Below, piece after piece: positions 31,929 through 47,148 of a stretch of 64,000 nucleotides of DNA. The stretch's first letter is position 1. Each line of letters opens with the position of its first letter. The DNA comes from an uncultured Chloroflexia bacterium. Lineage in GTDB: Bacteria; Chloroflexota; Anaerolineae; Caldilineales; Caldilineaceae. The translations under genes were made by a program, and so were the position numbers. The DNA lies in the NCBI GenBank assembly GCA_963698255.1, contig CAVOQD010000024.1:581072-645071 (forward strand), given 5' to 3'. Below the pieces are notes generated by a model that ran no database searches, had not been told where the DNA came from, and saw nothing but the letters and a program-made list of their open reading frames with translations.

Positions 31929-32930
31929 ATGGCAACGATCTACTACGAAAACAGCGCAGACCTGGCTCAGATCAAGGACAAGAAGATTGCAATCATCGGC
32001 TACGGCAGCCAGGGCCATGCCCATGCCCTGAATCTGACCGACAGCGGCATGGATGTCCGCATCGGCCTGCGTGAGGGCAGCGCCAGCTGGGCCAAGGCCG
32101 AAGCCGCAGGCCTGCGCGTCCTGAGCAATGCCGATGCCGCGGCCGAAGCCGACATCATCATGGTGCTGGCGCCGGATCCGGTCCAGGGCCAGGTCTTCGA
32201 AAACGATATTGCACCGACCCTCAAGGCCGGCGACACGCTGATGTTCGCCCACGGCTTCAACATCCGCTACGGCTTCATTCAGGTTCCTGAAAATGTAGAC
32301 GTCTCCATGATTGCGCCCAAGGCCCCGGGCCATCGCGTACGCGAGGTCTTCACCGAAGGCAGCGGCGTTCCCGGCCTGGTCGCCATCCATCAGGACGCCA
32401 GCGGCAATGCCTTGGCCAACGCCCTGGCCTACGGCAAGGGCATCGGCTGCACCCGCGCCGGCATCATCGAGACGACCTTCACGGAAGAGACCGAGACCGA
32501 TCTCTTCGGCGAGCAGGCCGTGCTCTGCGGCGGCACCAGCGAACTGGTCAAGGCCGCTTTCAACACGCTGGTCGAGGCCGGCTACCAGCCCGAGATCGCC
32601 TACTTCGAGTGTCTGCACGAACTCAAGCTGATCGTCGATCTGATGTACCAGGGCGGTCTGAGCTACATGCGCTACAGCGTCAGCGACACGGCCGAGTGGG
32701 GCGACTACAAGAGCGGCCCGCGCATCGTCACCGACGAGACCCGCGCCGCCATGAAGCAGATCCTGGCCGAGATCCAGTCCGGCGCCTTCGCCGAAGAGTG
32801 GATGGACGAATACCACGCCGGATCCAAGGAACTGACGGCCACCCGCACTGCCGAACAAGATCAGCAACTTGAGACTGTCGGCAAGCAACTGCGCGGCATG
32901 ATGGATTTCTTGGACGCGAAAGAGGTTTAG
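31929..32930 (+). CDS. ilvC: ketol-acid reductoisomerase (class I)
   Basis: Uninterrupted 333-aa ORF with [25 protein letters not shown] and [11 protein letters not shown]. Confidence 0.95.
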   Translation: MATIYYENSADLAQIKDKKIAIIGYGSQGHAHALNLTDSGMDVRIGLREGSASWAKAEAAGLRVLSNADAAAEADIIMVLAPDPVQGQVFENDIAPTLKAGDTLMFAHGFNIRYGFIQVPENVDVSMIAPKAPGHRVREVFTEGSGVPGLVAIHQDASGNALANALAYGKGIGCTRAGIIETTFTEETETDLFGEQAVLCGGTSELVKAAFNTLVEAGYQPEIAYFECLHELKLIVDLMYQGGLSYMRYSVSDTAEWGDYKSGPRIVTDETRAAMKQILAEIQSGAFAEEWMDEYHAGSKELTATRTAEQDQQLETVGKQLRGMMDFLDAKEV

Positions 32931-32937
32931 GGCTACT

Positions 32938-32995
32938 GCGTGCTGCGCTTGCCCTGAGCTTGTCGAAGGGCAAGCGCAGCACGCAACAGTTTTTT
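32938..32995 (+). terminator. 17-bp perfect hairpin + T6 after ilvC ('GAGCTTGTCGAAGGG' family loop)
   Basis: GCGTGCTGCGCTTGCCC (32938-32954), loop TGAGCTTGTCGAA, GGGCAAGCGCAGCACGC (32968-32984), then AACAG and TTTTTT (32990-32995). Confidence 0.65.
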
Positions 32996-33117
32996 CACAG
33001 GAAGGGGGGTGATGCGTATGGACGACGGCCTTAGTGACCTTGGCGATCTGTGTAGAGGACAGGAATTTCGACCGGCAACCAATCCATTGAACGATCAGCC
33101 CCTGGAAGGAACCAGAG

Positions 33118-34898
33118 ATGAGCACCAGAAACGGCGATGTATCCAATTCCGCCACCGGCAGTGACGAATCTGACGTAGACATTTCGGATGTAGATGTATC
33201 CCAGTTTGAAATTGACGACATTCGCGCCTATGCGCGCGAGATCGCCCATGGCAACACGGTGGTGATCTTCGACACCACGCTGCGCGATGGCGAGCAGAGC
33301 CCCGGCGCCACGCTCAACACCCAGGAAAAACTGGATATTGCCGCCCAACTTGCCCGTTTGGGTGTGGACATTATGGAAGCGGGTTTCCCGGCTGCCAGCC
33401 CCGGCGATCTGGATGCAGTGCGACAGATTGCCAACACGGTCGGCAGATCGCCGCGCGAGGGCAAGGACGGCGAGGTCGTGGCGCCGCCGATTATTGCCGG
33501 CTTGGCACGCGCCAACAAGGCCGACATCGACAAGGCGTGGGAGGCGGTGCAGGGCGCTGTGCGACCGCGTATTCATACCTTCATCGCCACCAGCGACATC
33601 CACATGGAGCACAAGCTGCGCATGTCGCGAGACGAGGTGCTGGAGACTGTGGGCGACACAGTCCAATATGCGGCCAGCCTGTGCAACGATGTCGAATTCA
33701 GCCCCGAAGACGCCGGGCGCAGCGATCCCGAGTATCTGGTGCGCGTGCTCTCTGTGGCCATTCAGGCCGGCGCAACCACGCTGAACATCCCGGACACTGT
33801 CGGCTATACCACGCCTGAGGAATATGGCGAGCTGATCCGCTACTCTGCGCGAAAATGTGCCCGGCGGCAAAGATGTGATCTTCAGCGTTCACTGTCACAA
33901 CGATCTGGGGTTGGCGACGGCCAATACGCTGGCCGGTGTGCAGAACGGCGCCCGCCAGATGGAAGTCACCCTGAACGGGATTGGCGAACGCGCCGGCAAC
34001 ACCAGCCTGGAAGAGGCGGCCATGGCCATCCAGGTGCGCGAGCCGATCTACCAACTGCAAACCAACATTGTGTCGCACTGAAATCCACCGTACCAGCGAC
34101 ATGGTCAGCCGCTACACCGGCATGGTCATTCAGCCCAACAAGGCCATCGTCGGGGCCAATGCTTTTGCACACGAGGCCGGCATCCACCAGGACGGCATGC
34201 TCAAGAACAAGCGCACCTACGAGATCATGGATGCGTCGACCATCGGCTTGAACCAGAGCCGATTGGTGCTGGGCAAGCACAGCGGACGCGCCGCGCTCAA
34301 CCGCAAGCTGGAGGGCATGGGCTTCCGGCTGAACAAGGATGAATTGAAAGAAGTGTTCATCCGCTTCAAAGATCTGGCTGACAAGAAGAAGACCGTGACC
34401 GACGCCGATCTGGAAGCGTTGGTCGGCGACGAAATCTACCAGCCCGAAGAGACCTGGGAACTGGTCAACGTGCAGGTCCAGTGTGGAACCGGGCTCATAC
34501 CGACCGCCGTTGTGACTGTGCACAATCGCGAGACCGGTGAGACCAAGACGGATGCCGGATTCGGCACAGGGCCGGTCGACGCCGTCTATCAGGGCATCAA
34601 CCGGGTCGTGGGCGTTCGAAACAATTTGGTCGAGTTTCTCGTACAGGCAGTGACAGAGGGTATCGATGCCACTGGTGACGTGACGATTCGCATCGAGGTT
34701 CCCGCCGGCAGCATCGGCTTCACCGAGACTGCCCAAGGACGCCCGCGTCGACGGCTGTTCAGCGGCCGCGGTGTGGACACCGATATCATTGTCGCCTGCG
34801 CCAAGGCCCATATGCAGGCGCTGAACAAGGCGCTGGCAGCCGAAAAGGGCGAGAGTTCAGCCGTCAATATCGCGGCCGATGCACCTGTGGCGACCTAG
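33118..34898 (+). pseudogene. leuA: 2-isopropylmalate synthase LeuA; 2 frame breaks (about 33845, 34078)
   Basis: ORFs 33118..34251 ([19 protein letters not shown]...), 33857..34081 ([45 protein letters not shown]) and 33981..34898 ([18 protein letters not shown] plus the LeuA dimerisation/regulatory domain). It has an acidic N-terminal extension of about 45 aa. Confidence 0.9.
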
Positions 34899-34921
34899 CT
34901 TTCCGATCGTTCCGGAGGAAA

Positions 34922-34967
34922 CTCCGGTCTGCGGACGGTCAAGTCGTCTGCAGACCGGAGTTTTTTT
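34922..34967 (+). terminator. intrinsic terminator after leuA
   Basis: CTCCGGTCTGC (34922-34932), 17-nt loop, GCAGACCGGAG (34950-34960), then TTTTTTT (34961-34967). Confidence 0.75.
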
Positions 34968-36923
34968 GTGGAAAATGCTGATCGTCTGAAGGAACAGATT
35001 TTTGGTCGGTGGCCTGCCGTTGTTCTTGTCATCGTGATTGTGCTCAGCACTGTGCTCTATCCTCAAGACAACGGCGCTCTCGGCCCCGCTCGTTCAAGAC
35101 ACCGACGCTGGTGTCCCAGCGGGCACTGTCGACTTAGGAGGCAGTGATTTCGCGGCCTGTGATCAGTTGACCGAGGAAGATCTGCGTGCTGAACTCAACC
35201 AACTTGCGCAAGGTGTCTTCGCGCAAGAGGACAGCGGCGTCGACGCAATCGACCTTGACGCCATTGTCGAACGCCAATGGCAGTTGCTGGACATGGATGC
35301 GGTCATCGATTCCGCTGTCGATGACGCCGTTGCCGTGCTCAAGCGCGACGACGATCTCTGGAACACGTTTCTATCGGGGTGGTCGCCGGCCAAGGCCGAG
35401 GATCTGGCTCAGGCCGTGGCCGTGGCCGCATTCGGCTCGGAGACCTTCCGACTGGCGCTGGATGACCTGTCGACGGGCATTGCTGCCGACCTGGAAGTCG
35501 AGATCGCTGCGCTGTCGGCCGAGTCCGTCTCGTCCAACCTCATCTGTCTGCAACAGTTCATCGAACGCAATTATTCGGGCATCGTCGTCGAAGCCTTTCG
35601 GCAGGGCATCAGCGAGGGCGCAGGCGATCTCGAAATCTGCCGCCGGCGACAATCTCGACAGCGGCATTCTGACCGTGCTCGATACCCACAAGACAGCGCT
35701 GGGCGGCGTCGGCGTGATCATCGCGGCCCAGTTGTCGCGCAAGATCGTCGCCCGCATCGGCAAAGGCCGTCTCCAAGCGGGTCGCCGGCCGGCTGGCCGG
35801 ACGTCTGCTGGGCCGGGCCGGGGCCACCATCATCCCGCTGGCCGGCTGGATCGTGGGCGGCGGGTTGATCGTCTATGACGTGCTGGACAGCCTTGATGGC
35901 GCGCTGCCCCAGATCCAGGAATCGCTGCAGTCGCCGGACGCCAAACTGCTGGTGCGAGACGAAATCGTCAGCAGCCTCGAACCGGAGCTTCAGCGCGAAC
36001 TGCCCCAGATCGCGCGTGACGTTGCCAATGATCTCTACGCAGAGTGGCTGGATTTCAAGCGCCAGTACCGGCAGGTTCTGGCGCTTGTCGGAAGAGCGTC
36101 CTGACTTCGAGGCGCTGATCGCCGAGAGCGGCGATCTGGCCAAGGTTGCCGCCACTGCTGGATGTGAGCCTGTCTGTGCTTGGCCCCGACGGCGTGGACG
36201 ACGCCATCGACAGCGGCCTCTTTGCCCGCTTGCTCGCCTTGCCCGGAAGGCGCGGTCGATATTCTGCGCGATACCGGCTCGCCTGAGACCGTGCTGGCAT
36301 GGAGCGAGTTGGCCGGTTCGGCGCTCGACCAAGTCGTCGCCCTGGATCTGCACAAGCTGGCCTCGCCGGACGATCTGGACGCGGCGACGCTCGACTCGTT
36401 GCTGGCCGTCGGCGATCCCGGCAATGGTGGCCAAGCTCGTGCAGGTGCAACCGGCTTCGTTGGCTTCCCTGTTCACGCTCTCTTCCGCCGGCCTCAGCGA
36501 TTTGGCTGGTCCAGATGAGTCCGTCGGAGCTGGACGCGCTGGGCCAATTGTTGGATGGTCTGGAGCCGGAGCGGCGCAATCAACTGGTGCTGGCGCTGCT
36601 CAACAATCCCAACGCCATGGACATCATCGTGCGCGAGGGCGCGGGTCGGGCGATCCTGGCCAGCCGTGACCTGCCGGCCGCCATCGCCTTTCTGGACACG
36701 CCTGCGGACGGCTACAGCATCGTGACGGACGGTATCAGCGTGGCCAATGGGTCGGTCTCGTTGCGTCTCTTCGGTCGAAAAGTACGGCGGCATGACCACG
36801 CTGCTGATCGTGCTGGTTCCACTGCTGCTGGCCGCCGGGATCGTCTATTCGATGGTGAGCCTGATGGCTCGACCGTTGGTCGGGGTTTACAATCTTCTGT
36901 TTGGACGGCGTAGGCCACGCTAG
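34968..36923 (+). pseudogene. uncharacterised large acidic membrane-anchored protein, paralogue A (about 650 codons; about 9 frame breaks)
   Basis: Reconstructed from ORFs 35038..35868, 35186..35878, 35853..36104, 35875..36669, 36180..36518 and 36299..36913. The GTG 34968 N-terminus is VENADRLKEQIFGRWPAVVLVIVIVLSTVLY and the C-terminus is YGGMTTLLIVLVPLLLAAGIVYSMV...GRRRPR* (TAG 36921-36923). It is collinear with paralogue B. I recognise no known domain. Confidence 0.5.
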
Positions 36924-37065
36924 ACGGTAGCCCGTCAGCGTGAGCGTAGCGTACCTGAAGTTGTAGCACGGCATTCATGCCGCACCATCGTTTGGAGACC
37001 CTGAATGCAGACATACGACGTTGACTCGGCCGAAGATCCGCAAGGCCCTGGGCAAGGCGCTCTTG

Positions 37066-37371
37066 ATGAGCCTGGACACACTGCCCGAACCAGATATCGA
37101 GGTCGGCGACTTTGTGGTCGTGGTCGTGGTCAAGGCGGCCAATGTGGTGCGCGATATCCGTGAGAACATTCGCAATCTCGTCGGCGGCCGCATGAAACAT
37201 TACGAGAAACTGATCGAGGATGCGGTCGAAGAGGCCGTGTCCGAACTCGGGCAGAAGGCGCAGAAGCGTGGATACGACGGCGTGGTCGGCCTCAAGATCT
37301 CGCACCCCATGGTGGTGGACGGCAGCGTCGAGGTCGTCGTCTATGGGAATGGGTTCAAGCGCGTGCGATAG
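37066..37371 (+). CDS. ybjQ: YbjQ/UPF0145 (DUF74) family protein
   Basis: ORF 37021..37371 with ATG at 37066. [59 protein letters not shown] aligns with E. coli YbjQ [55 protein letters not shown] (from memory). Confidence 0.7.
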   Translation: MSLDTLPEPDIEVGDFVVVVVVKAANVVRDIRENIRNLVGGRMKHYEKLIEDAVEEAVSELGQKAQKRGYDGVVGLKISHPMVVDGSVEVVVYGNGFKRVR

Positions 37372-37465
37372 GGAATTTGTACCTCGACGTACGAGATTCA
37401 GTCGGAGGCATGCTGCCGGTGCGCTTCGACATAAATGTCGGTGCAGGGTCGCTGTAAGGTCCAAG

Positions 37466-39300
37466 ATGTCGTTACGGAAACTAGCTCGAAAACCCAGGTC
37501 TTCACATGCGCCTCGCCGACATCTGCCGACGGGATCGTTCTTGGCGTTGATGGCGTTCTTGCTGACAGTCTCTTCGATCCTTCTACCCGTCACCGACTCT
37601 GGCCCAGGACTACACCTATGGCGAATGCAACACTGTCGAACCGGAGGCGCTGGCGGCGGAGATCGAGGGGCTGGCTCGAACCGTACTGGTAGACGGCCAG
37701 GGACTTCTCAACATCGACGCCATTGTCTGATCGGCAGTGGATCGCCGTGGGCATGGACGCTACATTGGATCAGGCGGTGGAGTCGGCGGTACAGGCGTTG
37801 ATGGCCGAAGAGCCGTACTGGGCGCGCTTCCTGTCGGGCTGGTCCGGCGCCAAGGCCGAAGAATTCGCCGCAGCGATCACGCAGCGGGTCTTCTCTTCGC
37901 CGCAATTCGTGGCCAAGCTGGACGAACTGGCCGCCGCCATCGCCGATGATGTGACGGTTGAACTGGAATCGATGGCGGCTCGTTCGGCATCCACATCGTT
38001 GCTCTGCCTACAGCAGTATGTCGGTGAACGCTATTCGGAGAGCCTGTTGACCCTCTTCGAGACGGAGATCCGCACCGATATCGAGGTCGCCGATCTGAAT
38101 GCGTCCCCGGACGATTTGGATGTCTCCCAGTTGACGACCCACGGCAAGGCTGCCACGGGCATTAGCGTCATCATCGCCACCCAGGTCGTGCGCCGCATCA
38201 GCGTACAGTTAGGCAAGAAAGTCGCCGGTCGCGTGGCAGGACGAATCGTGGGCCGGGTGCTGGGCAAGCTCGGATCGTCGCTGATTCCGCTGGCCGGTTG
38301 GGTGGTCGGGGGCGGCCTGATTGTGTGGGATCTGGTCGAGGGCGGGCAAGGCTCGCTTCCGCAGATAGAAGAGTCGCTGAAGGACGAAGAGGTGAAGGTC
38401 GCGCTACGCGCTGAGATCGCAGCCGCGGTCGAATCAGGGCTGGATGATGAGGTCGATCTGATGGCCGCGCAGATCGCCGATGAACTGATGGGCGAGTGGA
38501 ATCAATTCTGCCAACGGCATCCAACCCTGTGCTCGCTGCCCGAAGAGAGTGCTCAATTTCAGGCGATTCTTGACGCTACATCCGTCGAGGATCTGGACAA
38601 GCTTGCCGGATTGGTCGACATCTTCATCGCCGACCTGGGGCGCCCCCGACTGGATATTTCGCTGGAGAACGGCGATTTTGAAGCACTATTACAGCTTTCA
38701 GAGCAGGCTTATGCGATCCTGCTGGAGACGGGATCAACCGAAACGGCGCTGGCGTGGGCGGATCTGGCCGGCGGCAACGTCGATGAGGTGGTCCGACTCG
38801 GACTCTTTCAGTTGATGGAGCCGTCCATGACGGATGAAGCTGAGGTCAGTGCATTGATTGGCCTGGCTGACAAGGAGACGATCTCGCACTACTTCACAAC
38901 GACGCCGGAAACACGCAACGCGCTGCTGACGTACTCGCCTACCACGCGCAAGGGGCTGCTTGAGCGTCTCGATCCGGCCGACATCGACTGGTTGATCACA
39001 TACATGGCAGCAGAAAACGTCGCCGACGCTGAGTCGATGGCCTATCGGATCGCCAACGGGATTGAGACGGTCGCCATGTTGCAAAGCCCGCCGGTCGCGA
39101 CCAAGCAAGGCCCGTCCAAAATTGCCGCAGCCGGCCTTTCCCTGCCCGAGGCGGTGCTGGTGCTGGAACCGGATTCCAGACCGGATGCCAGTCCACGGCA
39201 GAACAGTGTGCTCGTGGCCGCGATGCTACTAAGTGTCGTTTTGGCAATATCTGCATTTGCACTGGTAGGCTGGAATGTTGTAAAACGTAGTCAGCATTAA
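37466..39300 (+). pseudogene. uncharacterised large acidic membrane-anchored protein, paralogue B (about 610 codons; 2 frame breaks near the 5' end, about 37600 and 37720)
   Basis: The clean 525-aa ORF 37723..39300 ends in the TM helix VLVAAMLLSVVLAISAFALVGW. Comparison with A extends it upstream through YTYGECNTVEPEALAAEIEGLARTVLVDGQGLLNIDAIV (another frame) to MSLRKLARKP...FLALMAFLLTVSSILLP (ATG 37466). I recognise no known domain. Confidence 0.5.
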
Positions 39301-39468
39301 TGGTTCGTAATTCATTTTGAGCAACGCGATGGAATAAATCGTTCATTCGTGCCAGGGAGGGAACTACCGCCCCTGGCATTTGCTTACCTTCGACGTGGAA
39401 GGACTTGGTCGTAGCCGACTGCTCCACCCTAACGCGCTGCCCCATGTTCGACAGAGAGGAGTACCACG

Positions 39469-44154
<4,686 letters not shown>

Positions 44155-44160
44155 CCAAGA

Positions 44161-44246
44161 GAATGAACAAAGATCGAAGAACAAAGAACGAGGGTTGACG
44201 CGTCCATCAGCGCACTTCCGACTTTCGATCTTTGTTCTTCGATTTC
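44161..44246. repeat. inverted-repeat hairpin element, 'GAACAAAGATCGAAGA' family (copy 3)
   Basis: Left arm GAATGAACAAAGATCGAAGAACAAAGAACGAG (44161-44192), right arm CTTTCGATCTTTGTTCTTCGATTTC (44222-44246). Confidence 0.8.
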
Positions 44247-44276
44247 CAGCAATAATACCTGTATTTGAGGACAATC

Positions 44277-45772
44277 ATGGGCAAACCTACCGGATTTATG
44301 GAATATGAACGCGAACTGCCGGCGGATCGAGATCCGCTGGAACGCGTCGGGGATCGGAATGAGTTCCATCTCCACATGGCCGACGAGAAACTGCAAAAAC
44401 AGGGCGCTCGCTGTATGGACTGCGGGATTCCTTTCTGCCACACCGGCACGTTGATCGCCGGGATGGCCTCGGGCTGTCCGGTCAACAACCTCATCCCGGA
44501 GTGGAACGATCTGATCTACAACGGGCTCTGGCGCGAGGCGCTGGATCGTCTGCATTCGACCAATAACTTTCCCGAGTTCACCGGACGCGTCTGTCCGGCC
44601 CCGTGTGAAGGTTCGTGTACCGTCGGGCTCAGCGATCTGCCGGTCACCATCAAGAATATCGAATGCACGATCATCGACAAGGGTTTTGAGAACAACTGGG
44701 TCGTGGCCAATCCGCCCAAGGCGCGCACCGGCAAGACGGTCGCCGTGGTCGGTTCCGGCCCGGCTGGCCTGGCCTGTGCGGACCAGCTCAACAAAGCCGG
44801 CCACAGCGTGACCGTCTACGAACGGGCCGACCGCATCGGCGGACTGCTCATGTACGGCATTCCCAACATGAAACTGGACAAGGCCGTTGTGCAGCGTCGC
44901 ATCGATCTGATGGCGGCCGAGGGCGTCAGTTTCGTCACCGGCATCGAGATCGGCGTCGACATGCCGACGGCCAAGCTGACGCGCGAGAATGATGCCGTCG
45001 TCCTCTGCGGCGGCGCCACCAAACCGCGCGATCTGCCGGTCGAGGGTCGCGATCTCAAGGGCGTTCACTTCGCCATGGACTTCCTGCGCGACAACACAAA
45101 ATATCTGCTCGATGCCCAGGAAGGCTATCTGACCAAGCGGACAGCTTCCGGCCGAAGGGCTGGACGTCATCGTCATCGGCGGCGGCGACACCGGCACCGA
45201 CTGTGTGGGTACGTCGTTGCGCCAGGGCGCCAACAGCGTGATCCAGTTCGAGATTCTGCCCGAGCCGCCGCTGGAGCGGCCGGCCGACAATCCGTGGCCC
45301 GAGTGGCCCAAGGTGCTGCGTGTCGACTATGGCCAGGAAGAGGCCATCGCCATTCAGGGCAAGGACCCGCGCAACTATCTCATCATGACCAAGAAGATGG
45401 TCGGCGACGAGCATGGCCATGTCAAGGAACTGCACACGGTGGAGATCGAGTGGGTCTTCTCGGACAACGGCGGACGACCCTTCCCCAAGGAGATTCCCGG
45501 TACCGAAAAGGTCTGGCCGGCGCAGCTTGGTGCTGCTGGCCATGGGCTTCCTGGGACCGGAAGAGACCATGGCCGAGCAGTTGGGCCTGGAACTGGACCC
45601 GCGCTCGAACTTCAAGGCCGAACACGGCAAGTTCGCCACCAGCGTCGAAGGCGTCTTCGCCGCCGGCGACATGCGCCGTGGCCAGAGCCTGGTTGTGTGG
45701 GCGATCAACGAGGGCCGCGGAGCGGCGAGAGAGTGTGATCGCTACTTGATGGGGGAAACCAGCCTGCCGTAG
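44277..45772 (+). pseudogene. gltD: glutamate synthase small subunit GltD; 2 frame breaks (about 45149, 45520)
   Basis: [13 protein letters not shown] (ATG 44277, GAGGA upstream), Fe-S cysteines CMDCGIPFC and [23 protein letters not shown] (ORF 44265..45749), [16 protein letters not shown]... (45205..45738), and [23 protein letters not shown] (45413..45772). Confidence 0.9.
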
Positions 45773-45824
45773 GACGTGATTGGCACGATAGTACGGTCTC
45801 ATCGTCAGGCTCGACTACGTCGAT

Positions 45825-45895
45825 AATGAGATGTGGTCTCATTACAATTTGTACGCCCGCACTAATTGAGATACAATCTCAACTGGTGCGGGCGT
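45825..45895 (+). promoter_or_regulatory. two palindromes upstream of the metal-binding-protein gene (metalloregulator operator candidates and/or gltD terminator)
   Basis: AATGAGA-tgtgg-TCTCATT (45825-45843) and TTGAGAT-aca-ATCTCAA (45866-45882). The second is nested inside the GC stem ACGCCCGCAC (45853-62)/GTGCGGGCGT (45886-95). Confidence 0.35.
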
Positions 45896-45975
45896 TCTGT
45901 TATGCCTCACAAATTATCCATTTTCACGGGCGGCGCAACCGGTCGTCCACCAATCGTCTACAGGAAAGATCATAC

Positions 45976-46996
45976 ATGAGCTTCAGCCGAATTGCGTTCA
46001 TCTTGCTAGCAGTTCCTGCTTGCCGCCGCATGCACTGCTCCGGCGACAGACAGCGCCGACACATCCGGGACAGACCATGCTGAGCATCAACAGAGCGATG
46101 TCTTGCCGCAGTTGGAACCGCAGCCGCTCGATGCGAACGAACGCCTGCGCGTGGTCGCCTCAACCAACATCTTGGCCGACGTGGTCGCCCAAATCGGCGG
46201 CGATGCCATTGACCTGACAGCACTGATGCCGCCAGGCGTCGATCCTCACGGATTCGAGCCAACGCCGCAAGACCGCATCGCACTCGAAAAGGCGCATGTG
46301 GTCTTTGTTAACGGCCTTGGATTGGAGGAGTCCATGTTGTCCGTGCTGGAATCGTCAGATGGAAGCGGTGTGATTGTCCCGGTGAACACGGGCTTTGCAG
46401 TGCTTGAGCTTGATAATGAGACCGATCACGAGGATCATGCTGACGAGGATCATGGTCACGAGCATGGGAGCGACGATCCGCACACCTGGTTCAGCGTCCA
46501 TGCTGTGGAACAGTGGGTCGAGAATGTCGAACATGTCTTGAGCGAATTGGATCCGGAAAACGCGGAGACATACGCGGCCAATGCCGAAGGGTATCGAAGC
46601 GAGTTGGAAAACCTGGAGGGTGAACTGGCAGCGATGGTGGCGGAGTTGCTGCCGGAGCAGCGCAAGATGGTCACCGACCATGATTCATTCGGTTACTTCG
46701 CCGACGAATACGACTTTCAGATCATTGGCACGGTCATGCCCTCGTTGAGCACGATGGCCTCGCCGTCAGCGGCACAGTTGGCTCAACTGCACGATCAGAT
46801 TGAGGCGCAGGCCATCAAGGCGATCTTCGTGGGCACAACCGTCAACCCGGATGTGGCGCAATCCATCGCCGGCGACACAGGCGCCCAGATCGTCATGCTC
46901 TACACCGGCTCTCTCAGCGATGCCGACGGACCGGCGGACAGCTATCTCGATTTCATGCGATACAATGTTAGGGCGATCGTTGAAGCACTGAAGTGA
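45976..46996 (+). pseudogene. znuA: ZnuA/TroA-family metal (Zn/Mn) ABC transporter substrate-binding lipoprotein; 1 frame break (about 46030)
   Basis: The signal/lipobox MSFSRIAFILLAVPAC starts at ATG 45976 in one frame. The mature part is in ORF 46103..46996, with the His/Asp/Glu-rich loop ETDHEDHADEDHGHEHGSDDPHTW typical of ZnuA. Confidence 0.75.
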
Positions 46997-47148
46997 AGTT
47001 TCTGACAAGATGACGGGGTGGCGAGGCGAATCGTTCCCCAGCGTGAAATGCACCCGTGCAATCATACACCATTTCTCCAGCCTGTAGAAACAATGTATGA
47101 TAAAAGCATAAGCTTACGTGTAATGTTTTTCCATGAAGGATCAAGCGG

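Noticed and set aside
36924-37065. Possible extra hairpin or longer N-terminus (MQTYDV..., ATG 37007) for the YbjQ-like gene.
   Set aside because: The upstream ATG is in a different frame and yields an Arg/Gly-rich string. The complementary arms (GCACGGCAT/ATGCCGCAC) are imperfect. ATG 37066 gives a protein of canonical YbjQ length.
39320-39420. Possible glutamine (glnA-type) riboswitch upstream of gltB copy 1, suggested by AUCGUUCAUUCG... and a GCCAGGG/CCCTGGC hairpin.
   Set aside because: The conserved GGACGGAAGUAGG and closing AAGGAACG elements, as I remember them, are not present. Only the first few nucleotides resemble the motif. An Rfam scan would settle it.
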